A stretch of DNA of 46,224 bases. Origin: Nitrosopumilales archaeon. Its GTDB lineage: Archaea > Thermoproteota > Nitrososphaeria > Nitrososphaerales > Nitrososphaeraceae. The notes under the pieces are model-generated. The model was not told where the DNA came from. It did not search any database and saw only the letters and a program-made list of their open reading frames with translations. Every line of letters starts with the position of its first letter. Position 1 is the stretch's first letter. The stretch is from positions 8,507 through 54,730 of the forward strand of contig JBIQJB010000013.1 of NCBI GenBank assembly GCA_044507735.1, written 5' to 3'. The position numbers were made by a program, and so were the translations under genes. This document shows positions 10,279 through 19,841 of the stretch, piece by piece.

Positions 10279-11016
10279 GAGAAATGCTCTGATTGCTTAT
10301 ATGACAACTAGCAAATTTTACTATACGAATGTACTTGACGGCCATGATTTTTCGGAAGTTACAAGCCATAGCTCTTTAAGGCGTGGTAGTTGACAGGACT
10401 CAACGTGGCTCTGGACCATTTGACATCCAAATGCAGAGTCTGGCAAATTTCCCAATAACGCAGGCATGCGTGGCAAAGTAGTAATCATTGCAAATCTCAT
10501 CCCATTGCGCCGTTGCTTGGACGACTTTTCTTTCAATTGAATATTCTTGATTTGACTACATTTAGCTTCGTGCTTTGATACCCTCACTGTCGATCAACTG
10601 GTATCTGTACAACGATCCCTAACCAAGCACATAGAGTGTTGTTATACGCTTATTTTGACATTATGAATGGCAGCTGGCAGGACGAATTAGAGAGACGATC
10701 GAAAGTAAAGACGGCGTCTATGTATGGTAACAGCGGAAGAAACTTTCAGTTTAAGACCTCTGCACATATATAGATCCAGCAATCAAGGTGAACAAAAATT
10801 CATCGAGCGGGGCTCTCACGGCCGACCGCTGTCAAAAGATGTCTGATGTTCTGCCACAACAACACGATCCCGATTTTTCCAAGCTTCTCCATACAACCAT
10901 GCTTGCCAAGATGAAATCGTAACAGGGAACCGATTATGCACCACGGATTTGGTCAGTTACTCGACAGAACATCCTGCAACAATTGTTTATAATGTCCTCA
11001 AATCAGTCTTCTAATT

Positions 11017-11178
11017 GTGCAGGACAGAAAGTATCAGAAAAAGAAGGTTCTGGTGGAAAAATTCATCAAAAAGTCCGGCAAGACGGATCATTCTCTAATT
11101 CTTAACAATGTTGACATAGACTATGACACGCTGATGCGAATACTTTCAGATCTGCGCAACGAAGGCAGGATCAAGTGA
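11017..11178 (+). CDS. Small (53 aa) basic helical/HTH-like protein, absent from the ORF track
   Basis: Own translation: MQDRKYQKKKVLVEKFIKKSGKTDHSLILNNVDIDYDTLMRILSDLRNEGRIK. TTTATAA box about 25 nt upstream. Confidence 0.7.
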   Translation: MQDRKYQKKKVLVEKFIKKSGKTDHSLILNNVDIDYDTLMRILSDLRNEGRIK

Positions 11179-11833
11179 TAATTTGGAGATACTGCTAAGC
11201 GCAAGTCCAGCAGATGCTTGAGTGGCAAGTTGTCAAATTCCCACTTTCAACGCACGAGGGTACGCCCTCTCCTCATCCAGACTTCTGTACAATGCTCCTT
11301 CTGGTGAATGGCTGCTCCTCCTCCCCTCCCACATCCCAAGTCTCGTTTTCTACGCCACAGTACAGTTCCGTCACAGTTGCTCCTAACACACTTGCACAGT
11401 ATCAATTCGGACAGATACCGGAAGAGAAGAACAAGAAGCTATTATTCTACCCTACAGAGCAGTCGTCGATAGTCTAGAGCCTCTCCTGTTCCGCTACCTG
11501 TGGTGGTCTCTGCCGCTTCTTCGGAGTCTTTCAGCTCGTCCACTCTGCATAGCCTGTCAAATTCCAGGGCCATTTGTATGCCCATCTTCTGGACCTGTTC
11601 AGCTTGTTTTCTCGTACCGTTGCAGAGTTTCCTAGCTGACTCTGTTTATTCCGGCGCATCTTGCAAGACCCTTCCTCTACTGCTCATCCTCTTCTACTGT
11701 ATAGGTGTCGTTCAAATGTTCTGCAGCAATGAACATCGATGTGCCATCAAGCTACTGAGCTAAATGGTTGGTGGGTGAACCATTTGACGATTGCCGGAAC
11801 CCATGTTAGCTAGTCAGTATGAATGTTGCACAA

Positions 11834-12118
11834 TCATTCAGCGACCACCCTTGAATTAGTACTGCCGCTGTAAGTGATACTGGTCAATGTCGATGTCACT
11901 CCATTTATCGTCTTGATCTTCTTGATCAGTTCTTGAAATTTCGCCTCATCTTCTGCCTGCGCCTTCAGGATCAGGTCATAGATGCCTGTAGTTGTATGCG
12001 CTTCCAGCACACCATCAATTTCCCTTACCTCTTTTTCCACAGAAGAAATTTGATCGAATGCACAGTTTACAAATACGAATGCCAGAATCATACTATTCTC
12101 TTTTAATGCCCATCCCAT
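11834..12118 (-). CDS. Stand-alone Lrp/AsnC ligand-binding (RAM) domain protein
   Basis: AFVFVN...GVLEAHTTTGIYDLILK...GVTSTLTSI. Confidence 0.88.
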   Translation of the reverse strand: MGWALKENSMILAFVFVNCAFDQISSVEKEVREIDGVLEAHTTTGIYDLILKAQAEDEAKFQELIKKIKTINGVTSTLTSITYSGSTNSRVVAE

Positions 12119-13026
12119 GCATGTAATTTAAGGAACGCGGGGCCTATGGCAAATGTTGATAGGCGTCTATACCTCTATTGACGAATCTGACCCGGCATAC
12201 AAAAAATGCAATAATGGTGATTACAGTGAGAGAAATTTTATGATATCGTTGACTACCAAGTTGACACTTGGATGTATGGTTCCAATGAAGACGATCTTTT
12301 TGAATTTTTTCCTGATGAATCCGGGCCACGATCTTGAAACTAACATACAAACCGCCAAATGCTATTGCAATCGGGGTGGTAAAGGGAAAGCAAATGCTGC
12401 TTGGTCAGAAATCTGCCTGATGTGCGGACCGGAATCCGGGTTCTTGCTGACGCATGATGGGTGGCAGCAATATTCGCTACGGTGACGGAATATGCTTCTT
12501 CTTATCGAGTTTCTGGTCTATGAGAATATCATCCACAATGCGCCGCCAATTCCCAGCATGCCGACAATGAGATCCCGTTTCTGTAGGATAGCATCATCCA
12601 AGAGTTTGCCCTAGTCTTGGGTTACCCGAGAAACATGTGATTGAGGGTCCTGTGGAGGACATTCAAAAGATCGCCTCGATTATGCCGCACGTCGCCAGCT
12701 AGAGCGGCACCTGGAAGGTCAATGAGAAACTTCTGTAGGCCGAATAATAGGAAACATCTCCTGCCATGCGTATGCCTGAAAAAAGTAATTCGGCCCAAGG
12801 TAACAAGAAGCTCGATATGCTGGCTAGCACAAGCGCGGTTTTTTCACTTCTTCTGACTGTCATGCCTGCATCAAAGAAAAGGATTGTTCGTGACCCAAAG
12901 CTCGCCTTGGTGGCTTATTGCTCTGAAAGTCCAAAACAAAGAAAACGACGGCTGTGGGCTCCGAGATATCGTGTGGTCCTGCTACACAAGGCGTATAGCA
13001 GATCACGCGATATCTTTACTAGATTT

Positions 13027-13524
13027 TTACTCGATGGTTATCGTGCTTACCATGTATGGATGCAGGCTGCAATAATACGCGTGCTCGCCCTTACCAATTT
13101 CGGCTGCTGGTATGCTGTATTCTATATTTGGTCCTAGATAACCTGTGTCAAACAGATCTGCTGATTCCGGATCGCTTGGACCCTTGCCACTTGTCGCTGT
13201 GTGGAGAGTCGTGTCTTCGTTGACCCATTTTATGAGCGAGTCAATGCTTGCAGTAGCAGCATCTGGCTCATAGTCGGGGCTTCCTTGAGTGACTGCTCCC
13301 CTCAAGATCTTTATGGTCACTATACTTGAAAAATCAGACTCATTGACTGCCTCTGTGCTGTTCTCTTCTGTTGTTGCCTCAGCTTCAGGCAACTCCTTCC
13401 TATACGGCGAGTCCACAAAACCTTCCTGCGGAATCGCTGCGAAGAAAAATGTGTACGTCAGATAGCCTGTGATCGCCCCTAATGCAAGAAGTACTGGAAA
13501 AGCAATTGTTCCAGGTTTGCCCAT
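13027..13524 (-). CDS. Membrane-anchored blue copper (cupredoxin/plastocyanin-like) protein
   Basis: N-terminal TM; WVNEDTTLHTATS and YYCSLHPYM supply the type-1 Cu ligands H/C/H/M. Confidence 0.9.
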   Translation of the reverse strand: MGKPGTIAFPVLLALGAITGYLTYTFFFAAIPQEGFVDSPYRKELPEAEATTEENSTEAVNESDFSSIVTIKILRGAVTQGSPDYEPDAATASIDSLIKWVNEDTTLHTATSGKGPSDPESADLFDTGYLGPNIEYSIPAAEIGKGEHAYYCSLHPYMVSTITIE

Positions 13525-13622
13525 CTATTACAATGGTTGACCGTTTCCCCTTAATAATCCATGCTGGATTATGCTACATTATATTTCAGGTTACTCAGTT
13601 AATAGAGGAAGAAGAAGAGGAC

Positions 13623-13793
13623 GTGCAACAAAAATCGGTTAAATGCAAAAACTGCGGCAAGAAGTTCTTGTCACCACCTGTAGACACCGGCAGGCAGGAG
13701 ATATCTGCCGATATTGACGAAGGAGTATCATTTGCGCTCATTTGCCCATTCTGCGTGGCACATGCGCTCTACACAGCAAAAGACTTGGAATAA
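13623..13793 (+). CDS. Small Zn-ribbon protein (ORF extends to 13482; GTG 13623 is the more plausible start)
   Basis: CKNC...CPFC pairs. Confidence 0.6.
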   Translation: MQQKSVKCKNCGKKFLSPPVDTGRQEISADIDEGVSFALICPFCVAHALYTAKDLE

Positions 13794-13833
13794 CTTTTAT
13801 GCCCGATGTTCCCACACGTGTGGAGGTAAGGAG

Positions 13834-14001
13834 ATGGCCGACGAAAGAAGTTGCTCACTCTGCGGAGCCAACCTCGGGGAGTTCCGGTATAGGCCGATGC
13901 CGCAATGGAACATTTCTGGCATGCTATGCGGCCAATGCTACGACAAGAAGCTGCTCGACCACTATATCGCCCCTGACAGACGCGAAATAACAAAGAGGTA
14001 G
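13834..14001 (+). CDS. Small Zn-finger protein
   Basis: MADERSCSLC...LCGQCY; preceded by purine-rich SD-like sequence. Confidence 0.7.
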   Translation: MADERSCSLCGANLGEFRYRPMPQWNISGMLCGQCYDKKLLDHYIAPDRREITKR

Positions 14002-14036
14002 CAAAGACTAAATACTAACTTTCTTATTCATCATAC

Positions 14037-14285
14037 ATGCCAACTGCATACATCCTCGTGAACTGCACGCTCGGCTCCGAGGAAAGGATAATCAACGAGG
14101 TGGCAAAGCTGCCTGATGTGAAAGAAGTGCGTGGCACCTATGGCGTTCACGACATCTTTGTCAAGGTAAAGTCAGAGAACACCGAAGCAATGAACCACAC
14201 GATTACGAACAAGATCCGCAAGGTCCCAGGCATCACTTCGACAGTGACTCTGGTCGTCATCGAAGAGCAGGGCGGCAAAGGTTAG
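14037..14285 (+). CDS. Stand-alone Lrp/AsnC ligand-binding domain protein
   Basis: AYILVNC...EVRGTYGVHDIFVKV...GITSTVTL. Confidence 0.92.
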   Translation: MPTAYILVNCTLGSEERIINEVAKLPDVKEVRGTYGVHDIFVKVKSENTEAMNHTITNKIRKVPGITSTVTLVVIEEQGGKG

Positions 14286-14296
14286 TTCGAGTTGAG

Positions 14297-14500
14297 TTAG
14301 GTCAAGCCTGCTTCCTCTTTTCTTCTATCTTCTGCCCTGATTCTCTTTATTTCATATAATATCAGTCCTGAGCTTGTCACTATGGTTACCCAGCCGATCG
14401 TGCCCACAAATACATAGTCTTCATACTCCGGCAGGAAGATCGCAACTGCCGCGATTGCGACGCCGGCGCACCATATTCCGATAAGGATGTAGATATGCAC
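14297..14500 (-). CDS. Small two-TM membrane protein
   Basis: Two hydrophobic segments and a charged C-terminal tail. Confidence 0.7.
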   Translation of the reverse strand: MHIYILIGIWCAGVAIAAVAIFLPEYEDYVFVGTIGWVTIVTSSGLILYEIKRIRAEDRRKEEAGLT

Positions 14501-14502
14501 TA

Positions 14503-14658
14503 CTAGCCCCTCATGTCCTCGTCAAAGCCTTGGAAGCGCTTTAGCGTCTTGCCGCACTTGGCGCAGTTGCTGAATTCGACAAAGTAAAAGTCGCCGTACT
14601 TGCGGTAAGCAAATGACTCTTTATGCGTGCAGAATAGTTGGCGAAGCGCCCCGAGCAT
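14503..14658 (-). CDS. Small (51 aa) CxH...CxxC protein, absent from the ORF track
   Basis: Own translation: MLGALRQLFCTHKESFAYRKYGDFYFVEFSNCAKCGKTLKRFQGFDEDMRG; ends 2 bp before the next gene. Confidence 0.7.
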   Translation of the reverse strand: MLGALRQLFCTHKESFAYRKYGDFYFVEFSNCAKCGKTLKRFQGFDEDMRG

Positions 14659-14731
14659 TCTACAATTGTGATAGGTAGACGGGGTTCATTACTATTTCGT
14701 TATTATATGACTTCTTTTATTGACTGTATGT

Positions 14732-14806
14732 GGGCCCGTAGCGTAGTCAGGATATCGCGGCGGTCTTCGGAACCGCAGGCCAAGGGATCGAAGCCCTTCG
14801 GGCCCG
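14732..14806 (+). tRNA. tRNA-Arg(TCG); integration target, kept intact after integration
   Basis: GGGCCCG...CGGGCCC acceptor stem; anticodon arm GCGGT-CT-TCG-GA-ACCGC; T-arm AAGGG-ATCGAAG-CCCTT; TATTATAT box about 25 nt upstream. Confidence 0.95.
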
Positions 14807-14810
14807 CTTA
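14763..14810 (+). repeat. att site (48-bp direct repeat, copy inside the tRNA)
   Basis: GTCTTCGGAACCGCAGGCCAAGGGATCGAAGCCCTTCGGGCCCGCTTA, identical to 25537-25584. Confidence 0.97.
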
Positions 14811-15707
14811 TCTCATAGGCATTGTGACCTCGTTTCTACTGCTGTCGATTCCTCACTAATAGGGAAATGTTCTCTACTAATAGAGAATGATCGGGGTCTT
14901 GTAGGATTCGAGAAATATCTTAGGGAGAAGAGGAGGTGGAATACTGCTAGAAGGACATTATCGCTGGCTAGGAAGTATGCTCATGTCTTGACAACTAGGG
15001 ATGCGAGTGAGCTTCTTACCTTGAGTCCTAGGAAGAGGAATCATACTATGTGTGCTCTTTCTTCCCTGTCTAAGTTCTACGGCTGTTATGACCTGTGGAA
15101 GGAGATTATCAGGAAGCATGACCTGAAGTGGTCAGAGGCGAACTCGCTAGAGGCGTTTCATGCTATCTTTAGTGATGAGAAGAACTATAGAGTCATGATA
15201 GAATGGCTTCAGCGGGCTTGTGCTAGTGTCCCTAGGTCGTATGCTAACCTGTTGCTTTTTGATGCTCTTACTGGCCTGCGTGCGGATGAGGCTTGTCAAA
15301 GCATTAGGCTTCTTCATTCGAATAAGGGCGACTATCTAAACAAGGAGCACATGATCCTAGAACATTACAAGATCCCTGAAGTCTTTATTCGCACGACCAA
15401 GAAGGCTTTCATCAGTATCATGACAGAGAAAGTTCTACAGGTAGCTCAGGAGTCTGGAGTTTACAACTATAACACGATGCGACATATGCTCAGAAGGAAA
15501 GGACTTGGTATGAACATGGGATATTGCAGAAAGATCTTTGGAACCTACCTAAGGATGAACGGGATAGAGTCAGAGATCGTTGATCTTCTTGAAGGTAGAA
15601 TTTCGCAGGAGGTTTTCGTCCGTCATTATTTTAGACCTGATTTTCAAAAAGAAATAGGGAGGATTAGGTCAGTTCTAGAGAGGCTTTATGCTGAGATCGT
15701 TGTCTGA
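14811..15707 (+). CDS. int: C-terminal fragment int(C) of an SSV1-type tyrosine integrase
   Basis: Frame is open from the att site to 15707. TGLRADE (Arg I), YCRK (Arg II), LEGR, FVRHY (catalytic Tyr). Confidence 0.92.
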   Translation, partial: SHRHCDLVSTAVDSSLIGKCSLLIENDRGLVGFEKYLREKRRWNTARRTLSLARKYAHVLTTRDASELLTLSPRKRNHTMCALSSLSKFYGCYDLWKEIIRKHDLKWSEANSLEAFHAIFSDEKNYRVMIEWLQRACASVPRSYANLLLFDALTGLRADEACQSIRLLHSNKGDYLNKEHMILEHYKIPEVFIRTTKKAFISIMTEKVLQVAQESGVYNYNTMRHMLRRKGLGMNMGYCRKIFGTYLRMNGIESEIVDLLEGRISQEVFVRHYFRPDFQKEIGRIRSVLERLYAEIVV

Positions 15708-15922
15708 TTCTTAGGGTTGGGTGGTTGGGACTCGAAGACTTGGTACGGGTCATCCGTAAAGATATCTAGAACCATGCGACCTTCTTCTTCCCTGCTCTGA
15801 TATCGTAGAACACCTGAACCTTCATCGCTCAAGACTCTTAGGATCGCTTGACATAGCACTTCATCCCTGATGCTTCCGATTCTTCTTTCAGTCGTCCTTT
15901 GATTCAAAAGTTCGCTGTTCAT
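15686..15922 (-). CDS. Hypothetical element protein (78 aa)
   Basis: ATGA-type overlap with 15919-16104; convergent with int(C). Confidence 0.55.
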   Translation of the reverse strand: MNSELLNQRTTERRIGSIRDEVLCQAILRVLSDEGSGVLRYQSREEEGRMVLDIFTDDPYQVFESQPPNPKNQTTISA

Positions 15923-16104
15923 ATACTTATCACCATGTAGCAGTTAGGACAACAGTGGTCAGTTTTTAGTCGAAGCTGGTCTACGAGTCTACAATTGTTG
16001 CAAAGGAAATCCTCTCCGCAGCAGCAAAGGTCATTTTGCTTTAGGATGTTCATCAGTGCCATTTTTACGTCTTCGATTGACATGAGACTGATTGAAGCGT
16101 TCAT
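15919..16104 (-). CDS. Small Cys-rich element protein (8 Cys)
   Basis: CCC...CNNC...CCPNC. Confidence 0.55.
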   Translation of the reverse strand: MNASISLMSIEDVKMALMNILKQNDLCCCGEDFLCNNCRLVDQLRLKTDHCCPNCYMVISI

Positions 16105-16277
16105 GTTGTCGCCCGCCCAAGTAGGGCTGCGTATTAAAATTTTTCCAATAGCACGATATGGTATTTAATAGAAGTTTAAACTTGGTTTAGACTAATGTGG
16201 ATAAAAATTCACTACAAGAATCAATACTCCGGTCAATAATCTGATCATCTTGATTCTTCAGGAGGCATGAAGCTTGG

Positions 16278-19200
16278 CTAGGAACGCATATTGTATTTTG
16301 TTATGACATCAACATCCTTGTCCGAAAGACCATATAGCTCATAGACAAATTTGTCAAGTTCATTATCAGTTCTGCTAATTGCTATCGAATATTGATTCTC
16401 TATATAACCTACCATCTTATCATGTAGTTTTGTAAGATTAGAAATATGACTAGCGGTCAGATTTGGAACAGGAATAATTTCGACCATGGATGAACTGAAA
16501 TTTACTCCACCCTGTATGCCCGCTGTTCTGAATGCTTCTCTCATGTAGAAGCCAATTAGCTTCGAATTCAGTAGGGCATTTAGAGCTTTCAAGTTCGCTT
16601 TCTTGGGATTCCTGATGATTATCGTAGACTTGCCTGCAACATGCGAACCATCTTCATCTAGAAAAGATTCGAAATATCTAATCCCTGTAATGATTAGCTT
16701 TGGCGAACTTGACTGCTCAAATCGCTTAGGCATGAGCTTCTTAAATTCTGCTTTTCGAACATACGGATACTTGTATTTCCTTTTGATATAGCTAGTTGTC
16801 TTTTTGCCCCATAGGGATTGAAAGCGGTCTATTGTGCCAGTATTTATCAGCTTGAATTCCTTTTCATTGGCTTTTCCGTCGTAGACGAGCTTTGCCAATT
16901 CATACGCTTCTGAAACGGTAAACGGATTTTCAACGTCACAATATTCTGGAGCTAGCTGGTGCTTTTGATTCAATATTATTAGAAGTGTGTTGATATATTT
17001 GCTAATCAGTATCCCCCAATTATCAAGTTCAAGGATCTTGCGTGGTGCGGGACTCATAGCTATCACTTGATAATCTGCTCTGAAATAATCGACCATTACC
17101 TCTGATGAGAGATCTTGCTTCTTGAAGAAAGATATTACTGGAGAATTATCCGCATCTTGAAAAACATCAATTTCATCGCAATTACATAATCGAATCAATT
17201 GCTTAGCAAACATGTGTCTTAGGGACTCGCCATAGCCAATCGATAGCCACTTGTTCGGAGAAATAAAACAGACTATCCCCCCTACAGTTGTAATCTGCAT
17301 AGCTCTTTCAAAGAATGGAACATATAGATCCCAATTGCCAACAGCGCTATCATACGTCTCAGACAGTATGTCTCTGAATTTTTGTTGATTCTTTACCATT
17401 TCTTCCGAGTCAACATATGGGGGATTTCCAATCACGACATCAAATCCCCTCTCAAACTTTGGCAATTCTAAGTCAAATATCTCGTAGAATTCAAAACCAT
17501 AGTGAAACGGCTTTAGACGTAAAAATTCCTGTCTGTTTATGTCTATCCCAAGTTTATGACTAATTTCAATGTAGGCCTCCCTATCTAGCTGTCTTTGGAG
17601 CTTATCTCTGACATCCTCAATTCTTTCTCTTAATTTTCGTGCTTCATTGCCAAATGCAGCACCATAAGTAGATTTCAGGTCTACAAAACGTGATAGCAAC
17701 AGTTTTGCAGATTCTTCTGAGCCTGTGAAATCATCTAGCGTAACCTTTGTCTTTCCAAAGGCTTCCATGTCCACGTATCCTATTAGCGAATTTCCGACCT
17801 CTAGGTTATACTCGATGTTCGGTAGTGGTTCTATGTAGTCGCTTGTATAGGATTCAATTAACCATAACCACAAGCGCAGATGCGCTATCTCTACTGCTCT
17901 TGAGTTGATGTCTACGCCGTAAAGCGATCGTAGTATCTGCTTTTTTAAATAGATGTCTGTAAAGGGCGTACCTAAATTATCATTAACATTTCTAGCAAGC
18001 TCGAATAAGACATTCGCCGCAGCAAGTAGAAAACTACCTGACCCACACGCATTGTCACAGACTGTCAGCTTTAGGATAATGTCATTGAGAATTACTTTTT
18101 GTGAAGTAGCAGGCAAGATGAGAATTTCATCTACACTCGATAACAATTCACTTTTTTTGTAACCTCTGTTCTTTTCTAAGAAATAATTTGACTTTTCAAG
18201 GATTATTGGATAGATGCAATTCTTGGCAATGTATTTGGTTATTTCTCTAGGCGTGTAGTATGCTCCAGTTCCTTTCCTATCCTTCGCAGTCATAGACCTT
18301 TCAAAGATGTAGCCTAGAATTTCAGGGTCAATACTTTCATCTTCACCATCTAACGATTCATATCTAGCAAATCTGAATCTACCCAGAAAATCAATTATCC
18401 GCTTAAGAATTTCTGCCTTTATCCGATACTGTTGATGCTTTCTTTCTACCTCGAGCGGTTCGAAGAGTGAGCCATTGAGGTATGGGATGTCGGCGAAGCG
18501 AGGGTCAATGCTACCTCTATTTTCTTTCTTGGTATTCATTACTTCAAAGAACAATTGAAATAGCTTTAGATTCAGGTTATGCTCTTCTAAATTGCGCAAA
18601 TACTCTAGAACCTCTCCTCTTATGATATTGATAGTTTCAAGGAACTTGATGAAAATGAGTCTGTTTACTGTTATCTGTGCTATTTCTTCTCTGTCATCTT
18701 CATTATCCACGTTCAAGATAGATTGCACCAAAGATTCAGACTTTGGTATGCGATCAATTCCATGTAATAGGTCATTATATTCCTCATAGAATTTCTTGCT
18801 GATTTCCTCAAGCTTCCTCTTTGGTAGTCTCTCATGTCCTATCAGGTACTTTTTTATTCGATCAAACTTTTCCCTGATGTTTAATTCCGCTATTATCTGT
18901 CTTTCCTTATTGATGAATATCCAAAGTAGTCCGTCTGTCGCAATTCCAAAGTCAAATTCCTTTTCGACTTCTACTAGCCTGAAAACGCCCATAATCTGAT
19001 TAACTGCACCGTCTTTAGATTTTGTCTTCAAATCTGCATTCATCGGCTTTGCTTCAACCAGTATTTTCAGGTCTTCATGTTGAAGTGCATAATCGACCTT
19101 CCGTTCACCGTCTGGTGTTTGGAATTTTCTGTTTCTACCTATTAGTTTGAGCTTTAGGATATCAAATAAAATCCCATCAATCAGGAAGCTTCTTGTAAAT

Positions 19201-19340
19201 TCCTCGGGATCCTGTCGCTCATTAATGTCATTGGTCCTCAATTCGCGCTTTTGTTCAAAGACCCTTTTTCTGCCCTCAAGGGTAAGACGAACCTGCACAC
19301 TGCTAATTAGGTCAGAAATTTCAGACGTTTCTACAGGCAC
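16278..19340 (-). CDS. Type IIG restriction-modification enzyme (Eco57I-like fused REase-N6A MTase-TRD)
   Basis: N-terminal VDYAL...LVEAK nuclease motif; GAYYTP (motif X), DNACGSGSFL (motif I), GNPPY (motif IV); TaqI-C-like C-terminus (LNALLNSKL). Confidence 0.92.
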   Translation of the reverse strand: MPVETSEISDLISSVQVRLTLEGRKRVFEQKRELRTNDINERQDPEEFTRSFLIDGILFDILKLKLIGRNRKFQTPDGERKVDYALQHEDLKILVEAKPMNADLKTKSKDGAVNQIMGVFRLVEVEKEFDFGIATDGLLWIFINKERQIIAELNIREKFDRIKKYLIGHERLPKRKLEEISKKFYEEYNDLLHGIDRIPKSESLVQSILNVDNEDDREEIAQITVNRLIFIKFLETINIIRGEVLEYLRNLEEHNLNLKLFQLFFEVMNTKKENRGSIDPRFADIPYLNGSLFEPLEVERKHQQYRIKAEILKRIIDFLGRFRFARYESLDGEDESIDPEILGYIFERSMTAKDRKGTGAYYTPREITKYIAKNCIYPIILEKSNYFLEKNRGYKKSELLSSVDEILILPATSQKVILNDIILKLTVCDNACGSGSFLLAAANVLFELARNVNDNLGTPFTDIYLKKQILRSLYGVDINSRAVEIAHLRLWLWLIESYTSDYIEPLPNIEYNLEVGNSLIGYVDMEAFGKTKVTLDDFTGSEESAKLLLSRFVDLKSTYGAAFGNEARKLRERIEDVRDKLQRQLDREAYIEISHKLGIDINRQEFLRLKPFHYGFEFYEIFDLELPKFERGFDVVIGNPPYVDSEEMVKNQQKFRDILSETYDSAVGNWDLYVPFFERAMQITTVGGIVCFISPNKWLSIGYGESLRHMFAKQLIRLCNCDEIDVFQDADNSPVISFFKKQDLSSEVMVDYFRADYQVIAMSPAPRKILELDNWGILISKYINTLLIILNQKHQLAPEYCDVENPFTVSEAYELAKLVYDGKANEKEFKLINTGTIDRFQSLWGKKTTSYIKRKYKYPYVRKAEFKKLMPKRFEQSSSPKLIITGIRYFESFLDEDGSHVAGKSTIIIRNPKKANLKALNALLNSKLIGFYMREAFRTAGIQGGVNFSSSMVEIIPVPNLTASHISNLTKLHDKMVGYIENQYSIAISRTDNELDKFVYELYGLSDKDVDVITKYNMRS

Positions 19341-19423
19341 TTATTTTAGAAGAAAATTCTGTAGTTATTATACTTTAGGCAATCGAGAATACTATAAGAA
19401 AATCTTCATTTCTGAATCTGATT

Positions 19424-19768
19424 TCATGATTGGTTATTCTTTTCCCTATAGTATTGGTCTATCCTATCGTCTCTACAAATGTCGTATTTGGTCATTCCTT
19501 CACTTTCGCAGAGCTCCTCTTGATTCTTCCTTAGTTCGATATCGCAGGTAGGGTCTCCTTCAGGTAGGCTTTCTAGGCATGAATCTGTGAATTCATTGAG
19601 CATTTGATTGAGTTCAGCTTCGAGTGGTGCCAACTTGGCCTGCCTTTCTGCTTCGATCCTTGATAGCTGGTTATAGGCGTTGAAGGTTGAAATGGCTCCT
19701 AAAATGATGCCAGCGGTCACTATTCCTATGATGATCTTGTTTGAGGTTTTCATTTGGCCCGTTGGCAC
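19424..19768 (-). CDS. Single-TM membrane-anchored element protein
   Basis: N-terminal TM (IIIGIVTAGIILGAI), coiled-coil-like stretch, four Cys. Confidence 0.7.
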   Translation of the reverse strand: MPTGQMKTSNKIIIGIVTAGIILGAISTFNAYNQLSRIEAERQAKLAPLEAELNQMLNEFTDSCLESLPEGDPTCDIELRKNQEELCESEGMTKYDICRDDRIDQYYREKNNQS

Positions 19769-19841
19769 TGATTAGGTCGTAAATAAACGTAGTCGCTGAA
19801 TAACAGACATGACTGACATAAATGAGCACAAACATGTCAGT

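Noticed and set aside
10321-11000. Short ORFs or ncRNA between mpgS and the 53-aa gene
   Set aside because: No coherent reading frame or convincing stable structure by eye.
11190-11770. Pseudogene on the minus strand
   Set aside because: Protein-like stretches are interrupted by stops and match no family I recognise.
14638-14859. 73-aa ORF
   Set aside because: Overlaps the tRNA and its promoter and is out of frame with the integrase.
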